Both the position numbers and the translations under genes were made by a program. 64,000 bases of DNA from Acidimicrobiia bacterium (GTDB lineage: Bacteria > Actinomycetota > Acidimicrobiia > Spongiisociales > ZC4RG35), in the NCBI GenBank assembly GCA_963665765.1, contig OY762464.1:2674787-2738786 (forward strand), given 5' to 3'. How positions within the stretch are numbered: position 1 is the first letter of the stretch; every line of letters starts with the position of its first letter. Below, piece after piece: positions 62,852-64,000 of the stretch. The notes beneath the pieces are model-generated. The model saw only the letters and a list, made by a program, of their open reading frames with translations. It was not told the origin of the DNA and did not search any database.

Positions 62852-64000
62852 ATGCGCTGGTCCAGTCTTTTCATACCGACCTTGCGGGAGGATCCCGCCG
62901 GCGCCGAGGCGGCCAGCCATCGCCTGCTGCTTCGGGGTGGATTCGTCAGGCAATTGGCCGCCGGCCACTATTCCATCCTGCCGCTCGGCCAACGGGTCAG
63001 AGACAAGGTGGATCGGATTATCCGCCAGGAGATGGACGGGATCGGAGGTCAGCATCTTCACCTGCCCGCCCTCCACCCGGCCGAGGTGTGGAAGAAATCC
63101 GGACGGTGGGAGGCGATGGGGGACGAGATGTTTCGGCTTTCCGATCGCAAAGGGATGGACCATTGCCTGGGGATGACCCATGAAGAGGTGATTGCCCTCT
63201 TGGCGGGGGAGGTGTTCTCCTACCGCGACCTACCCCAGATCTGGTATCAGATCCAAACCAAATTCCGTGATGAGCCGCGCCCCAAGGCGGGGGTGCTGCG
63301 GGTCAGGGAGTTCACCATGAAGGACGCCTACTCGCTGGATGTGGACCAGGCCGGGCTGGATGTCGCCTTCGATCTTCATCATCAGGCCTACGTGACCATA
63401 TTCCGGCGATGTGGTCTCAAAGCCCTGGATGTGGTGGCTTCCTCCGGAGCGATGGGGGGCTCCGAGTCGATCGAGTTCATGGTCCCCAGTCCGGCGGGGG
63501 AGGACTGGATCGTCACCTGTGACGGTTGTGACTACCGGGCCAACCTGGAACGGGCGGTGTCGGTGATTCCCACCATCGACGACGGACCCTCCCAGGGCGA
63601 AACCGAGCTTCTGTCCACTCCGGGGTTGCGTACCATCCGCGCCCTGGCCGAGGCTCATCCGGTCCGGGCCACTCCCCAAAAGCAGATCAAGACGCTGGTC
63701 TATTCGGTCGATTCCCAGCTCACCCTGGTGCTTGTTCGGGGAGACCACGAGTTGCTGGAGCAGAAACTGGTGGACACTTTGGGCTCTTCCAATCTGCGGC
63801 CCGCCACTCAGCCTGAGATCAGGGCGGCTCTGGGCGCCGATCCGGGCAGTTTGGGAGCGGTGGGGGTGACCGGCCTTCCGATCATCGCCGACCGCAATCT
63901 GGCGGGCCGGACCAACCTGGTGACCGGCGCCAACCGGGACGACTGGCACTTCGTGTCGGTGGATATGGAGCGGGACATAGCTGTCGGGCAATGGGCCGAC
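62852..64000 (+). CDS. proS: Prolyl-tRNA synthetase, 5' part (runs off window end)
   Basis: ATG 62852 gives MRWSSLFIPTLREDPAGAEAASHRLLLRGGFVRQL, HEEV, and FRDEPRPKAGVLRVREFTMKDAYS (class II motif 2). The frame stays open to 64000, so it is absent from the ORF track. The antisense track ORF 63230-63991 is rejected. Confidence 0.9.
   Translation, partial: MRWSSLFIPTLREDPAGAEAASHRLLLRGGFVRQLAAGHYSILPLGQRVRDKVDRIIRQEMDGIGGQHLHLPALHPAEVWKKSGRWEAMGDEMFRLSDRKGMDHCLGMTHEEVIALLAGEVFSYRDLPQIWYQIQTKFRDEPRPKAGVLRVREFTMKDAYSLDVDQAGLDVAFDLHHQAYVTIFRRCGLKALDVVASSGAMGGSESIEFMVPSPAGEDWIVTCDGCDYRANLERAVSVIPTIDDGPSQGETELLSTPGLRTIRALAEAHPVRATPQKQIKTLVYSVDSQLTLVLVRGDHELLEQKLVDTLGSSNLRPATQPEIRAALGADPGSLGAVGVTGLPIIADRNLAGRTNLVTGANRDDWHFVSVDMERDIAVGQWAD

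Overview
High-G+C chromosome segment (about two-thirds G+C by eye, not computed) that looks actinobacterial. Pointers: nucS, the SCO1664/DUF3090/phosphomutase triad, nif3/Zn-ribbon/RNase H synteny, and many 1-4 nt start/stop overlaps. All family calls come from motif recognition in the translated ORFs; no database search was run.

Core content:
- nif3, Zn-ribbon protein and rnhA.
- HPr, plus an Enzyme I carrying a C-terminal acylphosphatase domain, in a coupled operon with an IMPase and an SAF-domain oxidoreductase.
- Split mannitol PTS (EIIC, EIIB, EIIA) and mtlD.
- Fatty-acid genes: acyl-CoA ligase, thiolase and acyl-CoA dehydrogenases.
- nucS.
- TPP riboswitch followed by thiamine ABC binding protein and permease genes.
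- tRNA-Trp, secE, nusG, rplK, rplA, rplJ and rplL.
- pepN, gnd and the 5' part of proS.

Accessory or unusual content:
1. A roughly 7 kb lower-GC island (12.8-19.8 kb). It carries McrBC with a long unrecognised N-terminal region, a DUF4143-type AAA ATPase, two tandem paralogous nucleotidyltransferase-fold genes, and relics of an IS110 transposase and a DUF1998 helicase.
2. A second lower-GC islet (25.1-27.85 kb) with a decayed nucleotidyltransferase and a frameshifted RNxxxH HEPN gene.
3. A 476-bp single-gene cassette bracketed by 88-nt direct repeats of a transporter gene's 3' end. Its gene is built from 33-nt tandem repeats.
4. A TRAP-transporter catabolic cluster (34.3-44.3 kb). Its binding protein is an in-frame 930-nt tandem duplication. 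It also contains an ORF with an in-frame UGA in a UxxC motif followed by a SECIS-like hairpin, a candidate selenoprotein.
5. An AbiE-like toxin-antitoxin pair.

No CRISPR array and no rRNA were seen.
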